Assembly (NCBI GenBank): GCA_964386745.1 | Contig: CAYLSZ010000002.1 | Span: forward strand, 1,717 to 65,716 | DNA length: 64,000 nucleotides | Source of the DNA: an uncultured Staphylococcaceae bacterium | GTDB lineage: Bacteria > Bacillota_I > Bacilli_A > RFN20 > CAG-826 | Reading direction: 5' to 3' | Shown here: positions 8,714 through 18,028 of the stretch, one piece after another | Layout of the letters: every line of letters starts with the position of its first letter | How positions within the stretch are numbered: position 1 is the first letter of the stretch | The notes under the pieces: generated by a model | The model's database searches: none | What the model was told of the DNA's origin: nothing | The model's input: the letters and a program-made list of their open reading frames with translations, nothing else | Position numbers and translations under genes: made by a program

Positions 8714-10147
8714 TTACTCCTTATCATCGGCCATACATAAATGAACGGATGGTCTTTTAAAAGTCATAGGCAAAACTAATACATTAGGATTTTCTCCAAC
8801 ATATTTTTTTGCATCTTCATAAGCTTCCATGATGGTATTTCTTGTTTTCATACCCATCGCTCTAGCTGTTCCTGGCATTTTGCTACCAACTACATAAACA
8901 GCTTTCGTATCGCGTTCAGCAATGTGGGCACATGAAATCATTGAGAAACAATGGAATGGATGGAATGCATATTTATTTCTATAAAGTTCGATATATTTTT
9001 CGTTATTCATCATGTCGTAATAATGTTCGACTTCAGGAAGAGTATTTTTGTGGTCATTATAGTAATCATAAACTTCCTTCATTGCTGGGAATTCTTCATC
9101 TCCGAAGTCGCCATCACATTGTGCTAAAGCGATGATGACAGGTTTTTCGCTCATGACACGTTTTAATCTAACGATTTGAGCAGAAATTGCTTGTTCTACT
9201 AAAATTGGGTTTCTTCCTTGTCTACTTCCGTATTGGAAATCATTTGGCAAACCAAAAATGATTACATCATATTTTTTCTTAGCCCATTTAACATACGTTC
9301 TTTGATCAGCAATTTTCCAACTTGCTTCTTGAACAAGTTTGGCATCTCCTGCATAAACAGCGATTTGATTAGAAAAACTATCTAAAACAGCATCAACTAC
9401 AAAGAACTTCTTGCCCATCATATTTTCCATATGTTCGCCAATTGCATCAAATTTCATTCTCATTAAAGAATGTGATGAAACAGGAACAAAATCATCTTTA
9501 TGCATAACTTCAGGGCAATGATGTGAAGCTATCGATTCCCAATTGCTTATACCAGTCGTGCAGTGTTTATATCCACCACTATATCCGCCATATGGATTAC
9601 CTTGGCAATGTCCAATTAAGAAACAAACATCGCTATCATAAACATATTTATTAATAACGACTTTAGCACCATATTTAGGTTCATTACCTAAATCGACGAG
9701 ATGATCCCAATCTTCACTATCGTGATTGATGATTTGACCTTTAGGATAGAATCTATCGAAAACTTCTTCACCTATTAAACCTTTGATTTCTTCAGGTTTA
9801 TTTTTGCGGTGAAGTCCATTTGAACAAATGAGTAATATATCTTTTTCTTCAACTCCGTTTTTTATACATTCTTCAATAATTAGAGGAATACTTGTTTTTC
9901 TATGCGAAGTTGCTTGAGAACCACCTTTAACTCTATCAGGAAAAACGATGGTAACTTTACTTCCTTTATGAACGAGTTCACTAATTTTCTTCATACCTAA
10001 AGGATTGTTAATAGCATCAAGCGTTGCTTTTTTAACATCATCTAACGCTTTAGGATCTTTGACAGTTACACCAGTTTCAAAAATATCAGCACAATCTGGT
10101 ACTTCACATAAAACTTGTCCGTCACCGTATTCAAGATTAATTTTCAT
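8714..10147 (-). CDS. LarA-like (DUF2088) nickel-pincer-dependent racemase/epimerase family protein
   Basis: 477 aa. The N-terminal region and the NGLHR motif resemble lactate racemase family members. Substrate unknown. Confidence 0.5.
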   Translation of the reverse strand: MKINLEYGDGQVLCEVPDCADIFETGVTVKDPKALDDVKKATLDAINNPLGMKKISELVHKGSKVTIVFPDRVKGGSQATSHRKTSIPLIIEECIKNGVEEKDILLICSNGLHRKNKPEEIKGLIGEEVFDRFYPKGQIINHDSEDWDHLVDLGNEPKYGAKVVINKYVYDSDVCFLIGHCQGNPYGGYSGGYKHCTTGISNWESIASHHCPEVMHKDDFVPVSSHSLMRMKFDAIGEHMENMMGKKFFVVDAVLDSFSNQIAVYAGDAKLVQEASWKIADQRTYVKWAKKKYDVIIFGLPNDFQYGSRQGRNPILVEQAISAQIVRLKRVMSEKPVIIALAQCDGDFGDEEFPAMKEVYDYYNDHKNTLPEVEHYYDMMNNEKYIELYRNKYAFHPFHCFSMISCAHIAERDTKAVYVVGSKMPGTARAMGMKTRNTIMEAYEDAKKYVGENPNVLVLPMTFKRPSVHLCMADDKE

Positions 10148-10952
10148 TACGTTCTCCCTTTAGATATAAATCGACAATCTTTTTGAAATCTTCTAAATAA
10201 AATCCAAAATCTTGTCCGAATTTAGTTAAGGCTATAAGGCCTCCATCAACTTCATCGATTGAAGCAATCATTTCAGCGTTTTCTTCTTTTAATCCGCCAC
10301 CATATACGACTTCGACATCGATTAAACTTTTAATATATCGAGCAATATCTTGAATATATTCTTTGTTTGGTGGAGTTTTTCCTGGACCAATCGCCCAAAC
10401 TGGTTCATAAGCTATAGTTACAAGCGATAAATCGACATCTTTTAACCCATTAAGAATTTGAGTTTTTAATACTTCATATTTAATAGGTTGTTCGTAGTCT
10501 TTTTCGCCAATACAATAAAGAACTCTCATGCCTAACTTGGTCGCATTTTTGACTTCTTCGTTTAAAATTTGGTTGATATCTATAGTTTTTGAATTATTAG
10601 TTAAGTAATTTAAATAGTTTCGCTCTTCGCAGTGTCCAATGATTACATCGTTGACACCTAAAGCTTTCATACTTGTTGCGGTTTTAAATGTTGTAAAAGC
10701 ACCAAATTGGCCATTAATTCCTGCATCTAAATAAAAAACTCCTTGGCACCCAATATTAACGTTTTTCTTCGATTCTATCGCATTAATTATATGGGCTTCA
10801 GGAAAATAAATCGTGACATCGCAAGGAAAATTCATCGCCTCGATGCCTTCAGTCATATACTTGCCATATTGTTTAATTTCCTTAATTTCATTGACACCTC
10901 CATAGGTACGAGGAATGTCAAATCTTTTAAGATTTAAATAGATTTTTTTCAT
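10137..10952 (-). CDS. triosephosphate isomerase family protein
   Basis: NLKRF, IGHCEER and AYEPVWAIGPGKTP motifs. Start chosen at MKKIYLNLK; the track ORF extends to 10997. Confidence 0.7.
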   Translation of the reverse strand: MKKIYLNLKRFDIPRTYGGVNEIKEIKQYGKYMTEGIEAMNFPCDVTIYFPEAHIINAIESKKNVNIGCQGVFYLDAGINGQFGAFTTFKTATSMKALGVNDVIIGHCEERNYLNYLTNNSKTIDINQILNEEVKNATKLGMRVLYCIGEKDYEQPIKYEVLKTQILNGLKDVDLSLVTIAYEPVWAIGPGKTPPNKEYIQDIARYIKSLIDVEVVYGGGLKEENAEMIASIDEVDGGLIALTKFGQDFGFYLEDFKKIVDLYLKGERNEN

Positions 10953-11009
10953 AATGTAACCGCTTTCATAACTTATTTTAATGATAACAAGGCGCAATAC
11001 AACCGAATT

Positions 11010-11075
11010 TTTTCGAAAATTTTCCTTTTTTTCGTCAATATATTTCGTTTGATTATTTACGAATTTCGTTCGAAA
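11010..11075. promoter_or_regulatory. TTTCGTT-rich candidate operator region upstream of the TIM-like/LarA-like/NagB-like/ABC operon
   Basis: TTTCGTTT at 11043-11050, TTTCGTT at 11064-11070 and ATTATTTAC at 11052-11060. On the opposite strand this reads GTAAATAATCAAACGAAA, resembling GTAAATAGAAACGAAA at 3521-3536. Confidence 0.4.
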
Positions 11076-11082
11076 GTTTTTA

Positions 11083-11643
11083 CTAGAAATTAATACCGTT
11101 TATAACGATAGATGCTTTATTTTTAATGTGATAAAAAGAAAAATAGTTTCTCTCTAATACAAACCATTTATTAATAAAGTCATCGATATTAGCTTTATTA
11201 CGTTTTCTCAATCTTTCAATTTGAGTTTCTTCATTTATTTCGATAAAAATTGATAAATCATAATAGTTGCCAAGACATGGATGTAAAGAATATGCTCCTT
11301 CTATCACTATTAAACGAGGGTGCTTCACAATAGCTCTTTCTACAAAATCTTGCTTCTCACATGAAAAAATACGATATTCAAACGCTTCTTCACTAAGTTT
11401 ATCAACGACTTTACTTTTCAATCTATCGTAATCTATATTTCCATCGTTAATAGTGTTTTTCTTTACACTATTTTTAGGCAAATAAAAATCATCAACGTGA
11501 ATAACAACACAATCCTCAAAAGATTCAGCAATTCTACTTGCTAAAGTTGTTTTTCCGCCATTACTATAGCCATCTATAGCAATAATCACACATGCTTTTT
11601 TAGTTAATAAATCGCTAATTTGTTTCAAGATTTGTTTTATCAT
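11083..11643 (-). CDS. P-loop nucleoside/nucleotide kinase family protein (uridine-kinase-like)
   Basis: 186 aa. Walker A DGYSNGGKTTLA. Overlaps the upstream ECF-S gene by 29 nt. Confidence 0.55.
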   Translation of the reverse strand: MIKQILKQISDLLTKKACVIIAIDGYSNGGKTTLASRIAESFEDCVVIHVDDFYLPKNSVKKNTINDGNIDYDRLKSKVVDKLSEEAFEYRIFSCEKQDFVERAIVKHPRLIVIEGAYSLHPCLGNYYDLSIFIEINEETQIERLRKRNKANIDDFINKWFVLERNYFSFYHIKNKASIVINGINF

Positions 11644-12238
11644 TACTCTCTTTTCTTATAAATAATTCAGGCGAAAATTTTTGAGGAATCCTATATTGAT
11701 AAAGTAATCGAATAATTAATGGCACAAAAACTATTTGCAAAATTATTCCTGGCCATGTTGTTAATATTGTTCCACTAATCCAAGTATAGAACGTATATGT
11801 TCCACTATATGCTCCTGCGAATGTTAATAAATAAGCGACTAATCCATAGATACAACGTCCAAGAATCATAGCAATGATTAAAGAAATTAATGTATTAGGT
11901 ATAACCTTAATTTTTGGAAAATAACGATTAATGATTTTAAACGATAGCCCACAAATCAATCCGTAAGTTGCTAATTCAAACGCCATTGCAATTGATGTTG
12001 GAAATAAAATTGGTGATCCAAAAATTAAAGTTCTTGTTAGAGGCGTTACAAAACCGATAACCAATCCATAAATTGGTCCTAAAACAAATCCACAAACCAT
12101 AACTGGTATATGCATTGGACTAAGCATCGATCCAATAGTTTGAATGTGTCCTATTAAACTTGGTAATAGCCATCCAAGCGCCAAAAATAGTGCCGCATAA
12201 CACATTTTGTTTATTTGTAATGATAATTTCGTTCTCAT
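11615..12238 (-). CDS. ECF transporter S (substrate-capture) component, substrate unknown
   Basis: 207 aa, 6 TM, small-hydrophobic-rich ECF-S-like profile. AAGGGA RBS. Confidence 0.55.
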   Translation of the reverse strand: MRTKLSLQINKMCYAALFLALGWLLPSLIGHIQTIGSMLSPMHIPVMVCGFVLGPIYGLVIGFVTPLTRTLIFGSPILFPTSIAMAFELATYGLICGLSFKIINRYFPKIKVIPNTLISLIIAMILGRCIYGLVAYLLTFAGAYSGTYTFYTWISGTILTTWPGIILQIVFVPLIIRLLYQYRIPQKFSPELFIRKESNDKTNLETN

Positions 12239-12360
12239 AATTTTCCCTTATTTTTATAAATGGTAAAACGAACTTTGTCATGTTGTCTATAGAACACACA
12301 ATAAAATTTAGTCGTTTTTTAAATTGAAGTTTCGTACAAAACTTTTAAATTTACGTATTG

Positions 12361-12410
12361 TAAAATCGGCTGTTTTTGAGAAAAAAGCCTGCAGAACTCC
12401 ACTATTTTTT
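12361..12410 (+). repeat. CTGCAG-core dispersed repeat, full-length copy
   Basis: TAAAATCGGCTGTTTTTGAGAAAAAAGCCTGCAGAACTCCACTATTTTTT. Its right end contains the stop codon of the 12402-13820 gene. Confidence 0.85.
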
Positions 12411-13820
12411 AAAAATTTTCCTATTTTGAATATATTCATCAATGGCCTTTGCTGCATTCTTTCCAGCGCCCATGGCTAAAATTACAGTTGCTGCTCCAGT
12501 AACTGCATCGCCACCTGCATAGACACCTTTTCTAGTAGTTAATCCACTTTCATCTTTAGTAACAATACAGCCATGCCTATTAGTTTCTAAACCTTCAGTA
12601 GTTTGTTTAATTAATGGATTTGGCGATGTTCCAATGGCCATAATTACACAATCGACTTCAATATCAAACTCGCTTCCATTAACTTTAATTGGGCGACGTC
12701 TACCACTTTCATCTGGTTCGCCTAATTCCATTTTTATGCACCTCATTCCTCTAACAGAATGAGTATTTTGATCCTCTAAAATTTCGACTGGATTATTTAG
12801 TAATTTAAAAATAATCCCTTCTTCTTTAGCGTGTTCTATTTCTTCTTTTCTGGCAGGAAGTTCCTCTTCACCACGTCTATAAACTATATATACTTCTTCC
12901 GCTCCAAGTCGTTTTGCACATCTAGCAGAATCCATCGCTACGTTTCCGCCACCAACTACTGCAACTTTTTTGGCCTTAACTATAGGAGTATCGACTCCTT
13001 CTTTATAAGCTTTCATTAAATTTATACGAGTTAGATATTCATTAGCGCTATATACACCTTTTAAGTTCTCTCCAGGAATGCCCATAAACTTAGGAAGTCC
13101 AGCTCCACTACCTATAAAAATCGCTTCAAAACCATATTCATTTTGTAGTTCATCAATTGATAAGACTTTTCCTATAACCATATTAGTTTCTATTTTTACG
13201 CCTAAAGCTTTTAGCCCTTCAATTTCTTTAGAAACTATCGATTTTGGTAAACGAAATTCAGGAATTCCATATACTAAAACTCCACCAGCTAAATGTAAGG
13301 CCTCAAATATAGTAACTTCGTATCTTTTTTTGGCTAAATCACCAGCGCATGCAAGTCCACTTGGTCCACTACCAATAATCGCTACTTTATATCCGTTTGA
13401 CTTTATATCTATAGGTTTTATTTCGTTATGCTCGTTATGATAATCAGCAACAAATCTTTCGATTCTTCCTATAGCTACCGCTTCGCAGCCTACTTTTAAT
13501 CCTCTAGTGCACTTCTTCTCGCATTGCGTTTCTTGAGGACAAACTCTTCCACATATTGCAGGTAGCGATGAACTTTCACTAATTATTTCGTAAGCTTTTT
13601 CAAAATTACCTTCAGCAACTTGCATAATAAAACTAGGTATATCGATATTTACAGGGCAGCCCGATACACAAGGTTTATTACGACAATTTAAACATCTTTT
13701 TGCTTCATCTATAGCAAGCTCAGGAGTATATCCTAAAGCTACTTCATCAAAATTTTTATTCCTAACATTCGCATCTTGAGAAGGCATTATATTTTTTAGA
13801 GGTCTCATATTTATAGCCAT
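12402..13820 (-). CDS. NADPH-dependent glutamate synthase small-subunit-like oxidoreductase (NfnB/SudA-type)
   Basis: 472 aa. N-terminal Cys clusters (CxxCxxxPCxxxCP) plus two Rossmann GxGxxG motifs (IIGSGPSG, VVGGGNVAMD). Confidence 0.85.
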   Translation of the reverse strand: MAINMRPLKNIMPSQDANVRNKNFDEVALGYTPELAIDEAKRCLNCRNKPCVSGCPVNIDIPSFIMQVAEGNFEKAYEIISESSSLPAICGRVCPQETQCEKKCTRGLKVGCEAVAIGRIERFVADYHNEHNEIKPIDIKSNGYKVAIIGSGPSGLACAGDLAKKRYEVTIFEALHLAGGVLVYGIPEFRLPKSIVSKEIEGLKALGVKIETNMVIGKVLSIDELQNEYGFEAIFIGSGAGLPKFMGIPGENLKGVYSANEYLTRINLMKAYKEGVDTPIVKAKKVAVVGGGNVAMDSARCAKRLGAEEVYIVYRRGEEELPARKEEIEHAKEEGIIFKLLNNPVEILEDQNTHSVRGMRCIKMELGEPDESGRRRPIKVNGSEFDIEVDCVIMAIGTSPNPLIKQTTEGLETNRHGCIVTKDESGLTTRKGVYAGGDAVTGAATVILAMGAGKNAAKAIDEYIQNRKIFKK

Positions 13821-13822
13821 AA

Positions 13823-14665
13823 CTATTTGACCCCCTTTTTAAATAAATTACACGCTTCTTCGTATGCATGACGTTCGAAATCTTTATACATTACCCCTCT
13901 TTGGATAGCTTCATCAAAATCGACTTCATATCCATCAAAATCAGGGCCATCTATACAAGCGAATTTGGTTTTTCCACCAACAGTTAATCGACAACAACCA
14001 CACATTCCAGTGCCATCAATCATTATTGAATTCATACTAACTGTGCATGGAACGTTATATTTTTTACACGTTTCAACGACATATTTCATCATAATTAATG
14101 GACCAATTGTTATGACTTCATCAAATGTCTCGTTATTTTTAAATAGTTTGTCTAACGCTTCGGTTACAAGACCTTTTTCTCCGTAACTTCCATCATCGGT
14201 CATTGCTATATATGTCTTACTCACTTCTTTAAATTCATCTTCAAGTATAAATAAGTCTTTATTTCTAAAACCAACTATAGACGTCACTTCAGTCCCTTTT
14301 TTATAAAATCCTCTAGCAATAGGTAAAGCGATCGCGCATCCTACTCCGCCTCCAACTACACAAACTTTCTTTTTGCCTTCTAAATCGGTTGGTTTTCCTA
14401 AAGGGCCAACAAAACTATATAGTTCATCGCCTTCGTTTAAATTATTAAGTTTTAAAGTTGTCGCTCCGACGACTTGGAAAATTATACTCACTGTTCCTTT
14501 TTTTATATCTGTGTTTTCGATTGTTAAAGGAATCCTTTCTCCACCTTCTTTCACAATTAAAATAACAAATTGGCCAGCCTTTGCCTTTCTTGCAATAAAA
14601 GGCGCCTCAATTTCCATATAAGTAACGGTTGGATTTAGTATTTTTTTGCAAACGATTTTATACAT
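13823..14665 (-). CDS. ferredoxin-NADP+ reductase-like FAD/NAD-binding subunit (NfnA/SudB-type) with a C-terminal 2Fe-2S motif
   Basis: 280 aa. RIPLTI FAD motif, GGGVGCA NAD motif, C-terminal CGCC..C cluster. Adjacent to the NfnB-type gene. Confidence 0.8.
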   Translation of the reverse strand: MYKIVCKKILNPTVTYMEIEAPFIARKAKAGQFVILIVKEGGERIPLTIENTDIKKGTVSIIFQVVGATTLKLNNLNEGDELYSFVGPLGKPTDLEGKKKVCVVGGGVGCAIALPIARGFYKKGTEVTSIVGFRNKDLFILEDEFKEVSKTYIAMTDDGSYGEKGLVTEALDKLFKNNETFDEVITIGPLIMMKYVVETCKKYNVPCTVSMNSIMIDGTGMCGCCRLTVGGKTKFACIDGPDFDGYEVDFDEAIQRGVMYKDFERHAYEEACNLFKKGVK

Positions 14666-14861
14666 AATTTCTCTATATTATAAACCATTAAGTTTACGAC
14701 TTGGGACTAATCGTTTAGAAAAATGAAATATCTTCATTCGTATTACAAATACATTTATTTCCCTTTATTTTAAAGTGTCAACTAAATATAAAAATATTTA
14801 TAAAAAATAATGAAAACATCGAAATTATTGTTATATAATCTTGTCGATAAGGAGTGTCAAT

Positions 14862-15980
14862 ATGTTGACTATTAAAGAGGTCGTTTCAAAACACGAGCAA
14901 AAACAATTTATCACTTTTCCATTGGAGCTTTATAAAGATAACGAATATTTTATTCCGTCTTTATGGTCCACTGAAAAAGCAATTTTTAATCCAAATTATC
15001 ACTATAACAAGACATCTAAAAGCATATGTTTTATAGCTTATAAGGATGACAAGGTTGTAGGTCGTATACAAGGAATCTATAACTCATTAGCTAACGAAAA
15101 ATGGAATCAAAATCGTGTTCGTTTTACTCGTTTTGATAGTATTGACGATCAAGAAGTCGCTAATGCCTTATTTGATAAAGTAGTTGAATGGGCAAAAAGT
15201 TTAGGTGCCGATACCATAAACGGCCCTTTAGGTTATAGCGATTTTGAACGCGAAGGTTTACTTATTGAAGGTTTCGATCAAGAACAAACCTATGAAGAGC
15301 AATATAACTATGATTACTATCAAAAACTCATTGAAAACTATGGTTTTGAAAAAGAGGTCGATTGGCTAGAAAGTCGACTTTTTCCTACCGAATCAGAGTT
15401 TGAAAGACTTAATAACCTAGCTCAAAAGATTAAAAATAGGCATGGTTTTAAACTTCTTCAATTTCGTTCGGTGAGCCAATTAGTAAAAAGGTATGGCGAC
15501 GATTTCTTTAAACTCCTCGATGCAAGTTATAAGGATTTATATCAAACCGTTCCGTTTTTAGATTTCCAACAAAAAGCCTTAATCAAAGATTTTAAAATAC
15601 TTCTTACTCCTTTTTATATTCGCTTAATTGTTGATAAAGATGATAAACTTGCCGCCTTAGGACTTTGCTTCCCACCATTCGGAAAACATTTAAGAAAATC
15701 AGGAGGCAAATTAACCCTTCCAACAATCTATAAAATCTTAAAAGAAAGAGCTAATCCAGAAGGATTAGATTTAGGTTTAATTGGTGTCGCCGAAGAATAT
15801 AAAAACACTGGCGTATCATTTGTTATCCTTAATGAAATTATCCAATTAATGTCTCAAGGAAATATTAAATACTGCGAAACAAATTTGAATTTAGAAACCA
15901 ATTTAGAAATTCAAAATTGTTGGAAAAGATTCAAAAGTATCCAACATAAAAGACGTCGCGCTTATATCTATAAAATATAG
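14862..15980 (+). CDS. GNAT-like N-acetyltransferase family protein (uncharacterised)
   Basis: About 372 aa. Start at MLTIKE with AAGGAG upstream. The assignment is a weak family-level recollection only. Confidence 0.4.
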   Translation: MLTIKEVVSKHEQKQFITFPLELYKDNEYFIPSLWSTEKAIFNPNYHYNKTSKSICFIAYKDDKVVGRIQGIYNSLANEKWNQNRVRFTRFDSIDDQEVANALFDKVVEWAKSLGADTINGPLGYSDFEREGLLIEGFDQEQTYEEQYNYDYYQKLIENYGFEKEVDWLESRLFPTESEFERLNNLAQKIKNRHGFKLLQFRSVSQLVKRYGDDFFKLLDASYKDLYQTVPFLDFQQKALIKDFKILLTPFYIRLIVDKDDKLAALGLCFPPFGKHLRKSGGKLTLPTIYKILKERANPEGLDLGLIGVAEEYKNTGVSFVILNEIIQLMSQGNIKYCETNLNLETNLEIQNCWKRFKSIQHKRRRAYIYKI

Positions 15981-16029
15981 AAAATCTTCAGTTTTTGAGA
16001 AAAAACCCTGCAGATCTCAACTATTTTTT
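15981..16029 (+). repeat. CTGCAG-core dispersed repeat, full-length copy
   Basis: AAAATCTTCAGTTTTTGAGAAAAAACCCTGCAGATCTCAACTATTTTTT. It fills the convergent gap and contains the psuG stop. Confidence 0.85.
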
Positions 16030-16929
16030 AAAATTTTTACAATAACTAACAGCAATTTTTGCGCCTAAAGAGGCGTTATTTAATATAAGGGCAATATTAG
16101 TTTCGAGCGATTTACCACCTGTAAGTTCGACTATTTTTGAAAGCAAAAATGGTGTTTCATCTTTACCATGAATGCCTTTTTCTTCCATCTCTTTAATAGC
16201 TTGATCGATGGTTTTATTTATTACTTTTTCATCTAAAGAATATTCATCAGGAACAGGGTTAGTAACTAAAACTCCACCTTCTAAATTATTGATTCTTTTA
16301 TGGTAAACGATGCTTGCAATATCGTCAGGAGTCTTAGCGTTATAATCAACTTTATATTTAGATGTTTTACTATAGAAAGCAGGTAAATAGTCCGTATTAT
16401 AACCAATAATAGGGACGCCTTTAGTTTCTAAAATTTCTAAAGTTAAACCTAAATCTAAAATGGCTTTTGGACCACCACAAATAACGGTTACATCAGTCTT
16501 TCCTAATTCTTCTAAATCAGCGCTGATATCAAAAGTTATATTGCTCTTTTTATGAGCTCCGCCAATTCCACCAGTAACGAAAAATTCAATTCCAGCTTGT
16601 TTAGCTAAAATCATTGTACTAGCAACTGTGGTAGCACCCCATAATTTATTCGCATATATAATAGGTAAATCTCTACGAGAAGCTTTTACGATTCCTTTTC
16701 TTTTACCAAATTCTTCTATTTCTTCTGGGCGCATTCCAATAACTATTTCGCCATCAATTATTCCGATAGTTGCAGGAATGGCTCCTTCTTTTCTTATAAC
16801 TTCTTCTACTCTTAAAGCTGTTTCAACATTTCTTGGATAAGGCATTCCATGACTTACAATAGTCGATTCTAAAGCGACTACAGGTAAACCTTTATCGATT
16901 GCGTTTTTAACTTCAGTAGAAATTCTCAT
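16021..16929 (-). CDS. psuG: pseudouridine-5'-phosphate glycosidase
   Basis: 302 aa. VVALESTIVSHGMPYP and the overall PsuG/IndA pattern. Confidence 0.9.
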   Translation of the reverse strand: MRISTEVKNAIDKGLPVVALESTIVSHGMPYPRNVETALRVEEVIRKEGAIPATIGIIDGEIVIGMRPEEIEEFGKRKGIVKASRRDLPIIYANKLWGATTVASTMILAKQAGIEFFVTGGIGGAHKKSNITFDISADLEELGKTDVTVICGGPKAILDLGLTLEILETKGVPIIGYNTDYLPAFYSKTSKYKVDYNAKTPDDIASIVYHKRINNLEGGVLVTNPVPDEYSLDEKVINKTIDQAIKEMEEKGIHGKDETPFLLSKIVELTGGKSLETNIALILNNASLGAKIAVSYCKNFKK

Positions 16930-17831
16930 TGTTTGTCACCTAATGATCCATAATCATACATAAATAAGGCATCATTAATTTCATAAACATCGTAGTTTCC
17001 ATTATCTACAAAGTAGATAATGATTAAGTCAAATAAATTTGCTCTATTTAAAACGTATCCGCATGTTGATAAAAATTCAGCAAGTTCAGCTGAATTCATT
17101 TTTAAAGCGACACCTAAAGAAAGCATCAAGTTTCTTCCAGGAACGATCGTTTCGTCATCAATAACTCTTTTGATAAGAGCTACAGATTTATTTGCTTTAT
17201 AAGCGAGTTCTTCTATAGTTAAGCCAGATTCTTGATAAGCTTTTAAAAACATTTCTCTAAATGCTTTATCACTTACTTGAGGTTCTTTATTCTCGATTCT
17301 AAAGTTCATTGTCATAAAGCGAGTTAAGGCTTCTTGTAAGGAATCATCGATTGTTTTTGGATAATTTTTATAAATAACCATAAAAACATCTAAACATTCG
17401 TCGTTTGCTTTTAAATAATCTAAGATCGCTTTTTTGCCGAGTTGATAGCACTCATTTATAGGCCAATTAAAATCTCCACCTAATAATGGGAAGGCTATTG
17501 AATTATAACCTCTTTCTTTTGCTAAATTTAAACTCGTAATATATGAACTTATTAATAAGTCAACTTCACCATGTTTCCCGTTTGTATAAATAGGGGCAAC
17601 TGCATGAAAGATTTCTTTACAATTTTTAATATTGAAACTAGGTGTCGCAACGCATTTTCCAACTTCGCATTTTCCGATTTTCTTACAAGCATTATTCATT
17701 TCGATGTCTCCAGCGTTATGGAATATAGCTCTTCCGACACCTTCAACCATTCTTAATCCGACGTTAGCTGCGTTGACAATTACATCGACGTTCATTGAGA
17801 CTAGATCACCTTTAATTACATGAAATGGCAT
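16926..17831 (-). CDS. macro domain protein fused to a C-terminal HTH (XRE-like) domain
   Basis: N-terminal GDLVSMNVDVIVNAAN..GVGRAI..AFPLLGGD macro motifs. C-terminal LTIEELAYKANKSVALIKRV HTH. 4-nt overlap with psuG. Confidence 0.75.
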   Translation of the reverse strand: MPFHVIKGDLVSMNVDVIVNAANVGLRMVEGVGRAIFHNAGDIEMNNACKKIGKCEVGKCVATPSFNIKNCKEIFHAVAPIYTNGKHGEVDLLISSYITSLNLAKERGYNSIAFPLLGGDFNWPINECYQLGKKAILDYLKANDECLDVFMVIYKNYPKTIDDSLQEALTRFMTMNFRIENKEPQVSDKAFREMFLKAYQESGLTIEELAYKANKSVALIKRVIDDETIVPGRNLMLSLGVALKMNSAELAEFLSTCGYVLNRANLFDLIIIYFVDNGNYDVYEINDALFMYDYGSLGDKQ

Positions 17832-18028
17832 ACATTTTTCCTCGCGCGATAATTTTACAAAAAAACGCCCTTATTTTTCTATAAAAATATACTGAAAAAT
17901 GCCCATAAAATGCATATGATTTCTAAATCTAGATTAATAGCACTCGATACTGCCTCATCTAGTATTCAATATCACGATTTTAAAAACTTTAAAAAATCTA
18001 TAAAATATCGAGTTGCGAGGTTAAATTA

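Noticed and set aside
12239-12360. Riboswitch upstream of the ECF-S/kinase pair, and a T-box upstream of metG (41601-41686)
   Set aside because: I could not find the conserved cores of TPP, FMN, THF, preQ1 or T-box elements. The metG gap is only 86 bp and is occupied by the rpmE terminator.
13078-13440. 120-aa plus-strand ORF
   Set aside because: It is antisense to the NfnB/GltD-type gene, which has Rossmann and Fe-S motifs.
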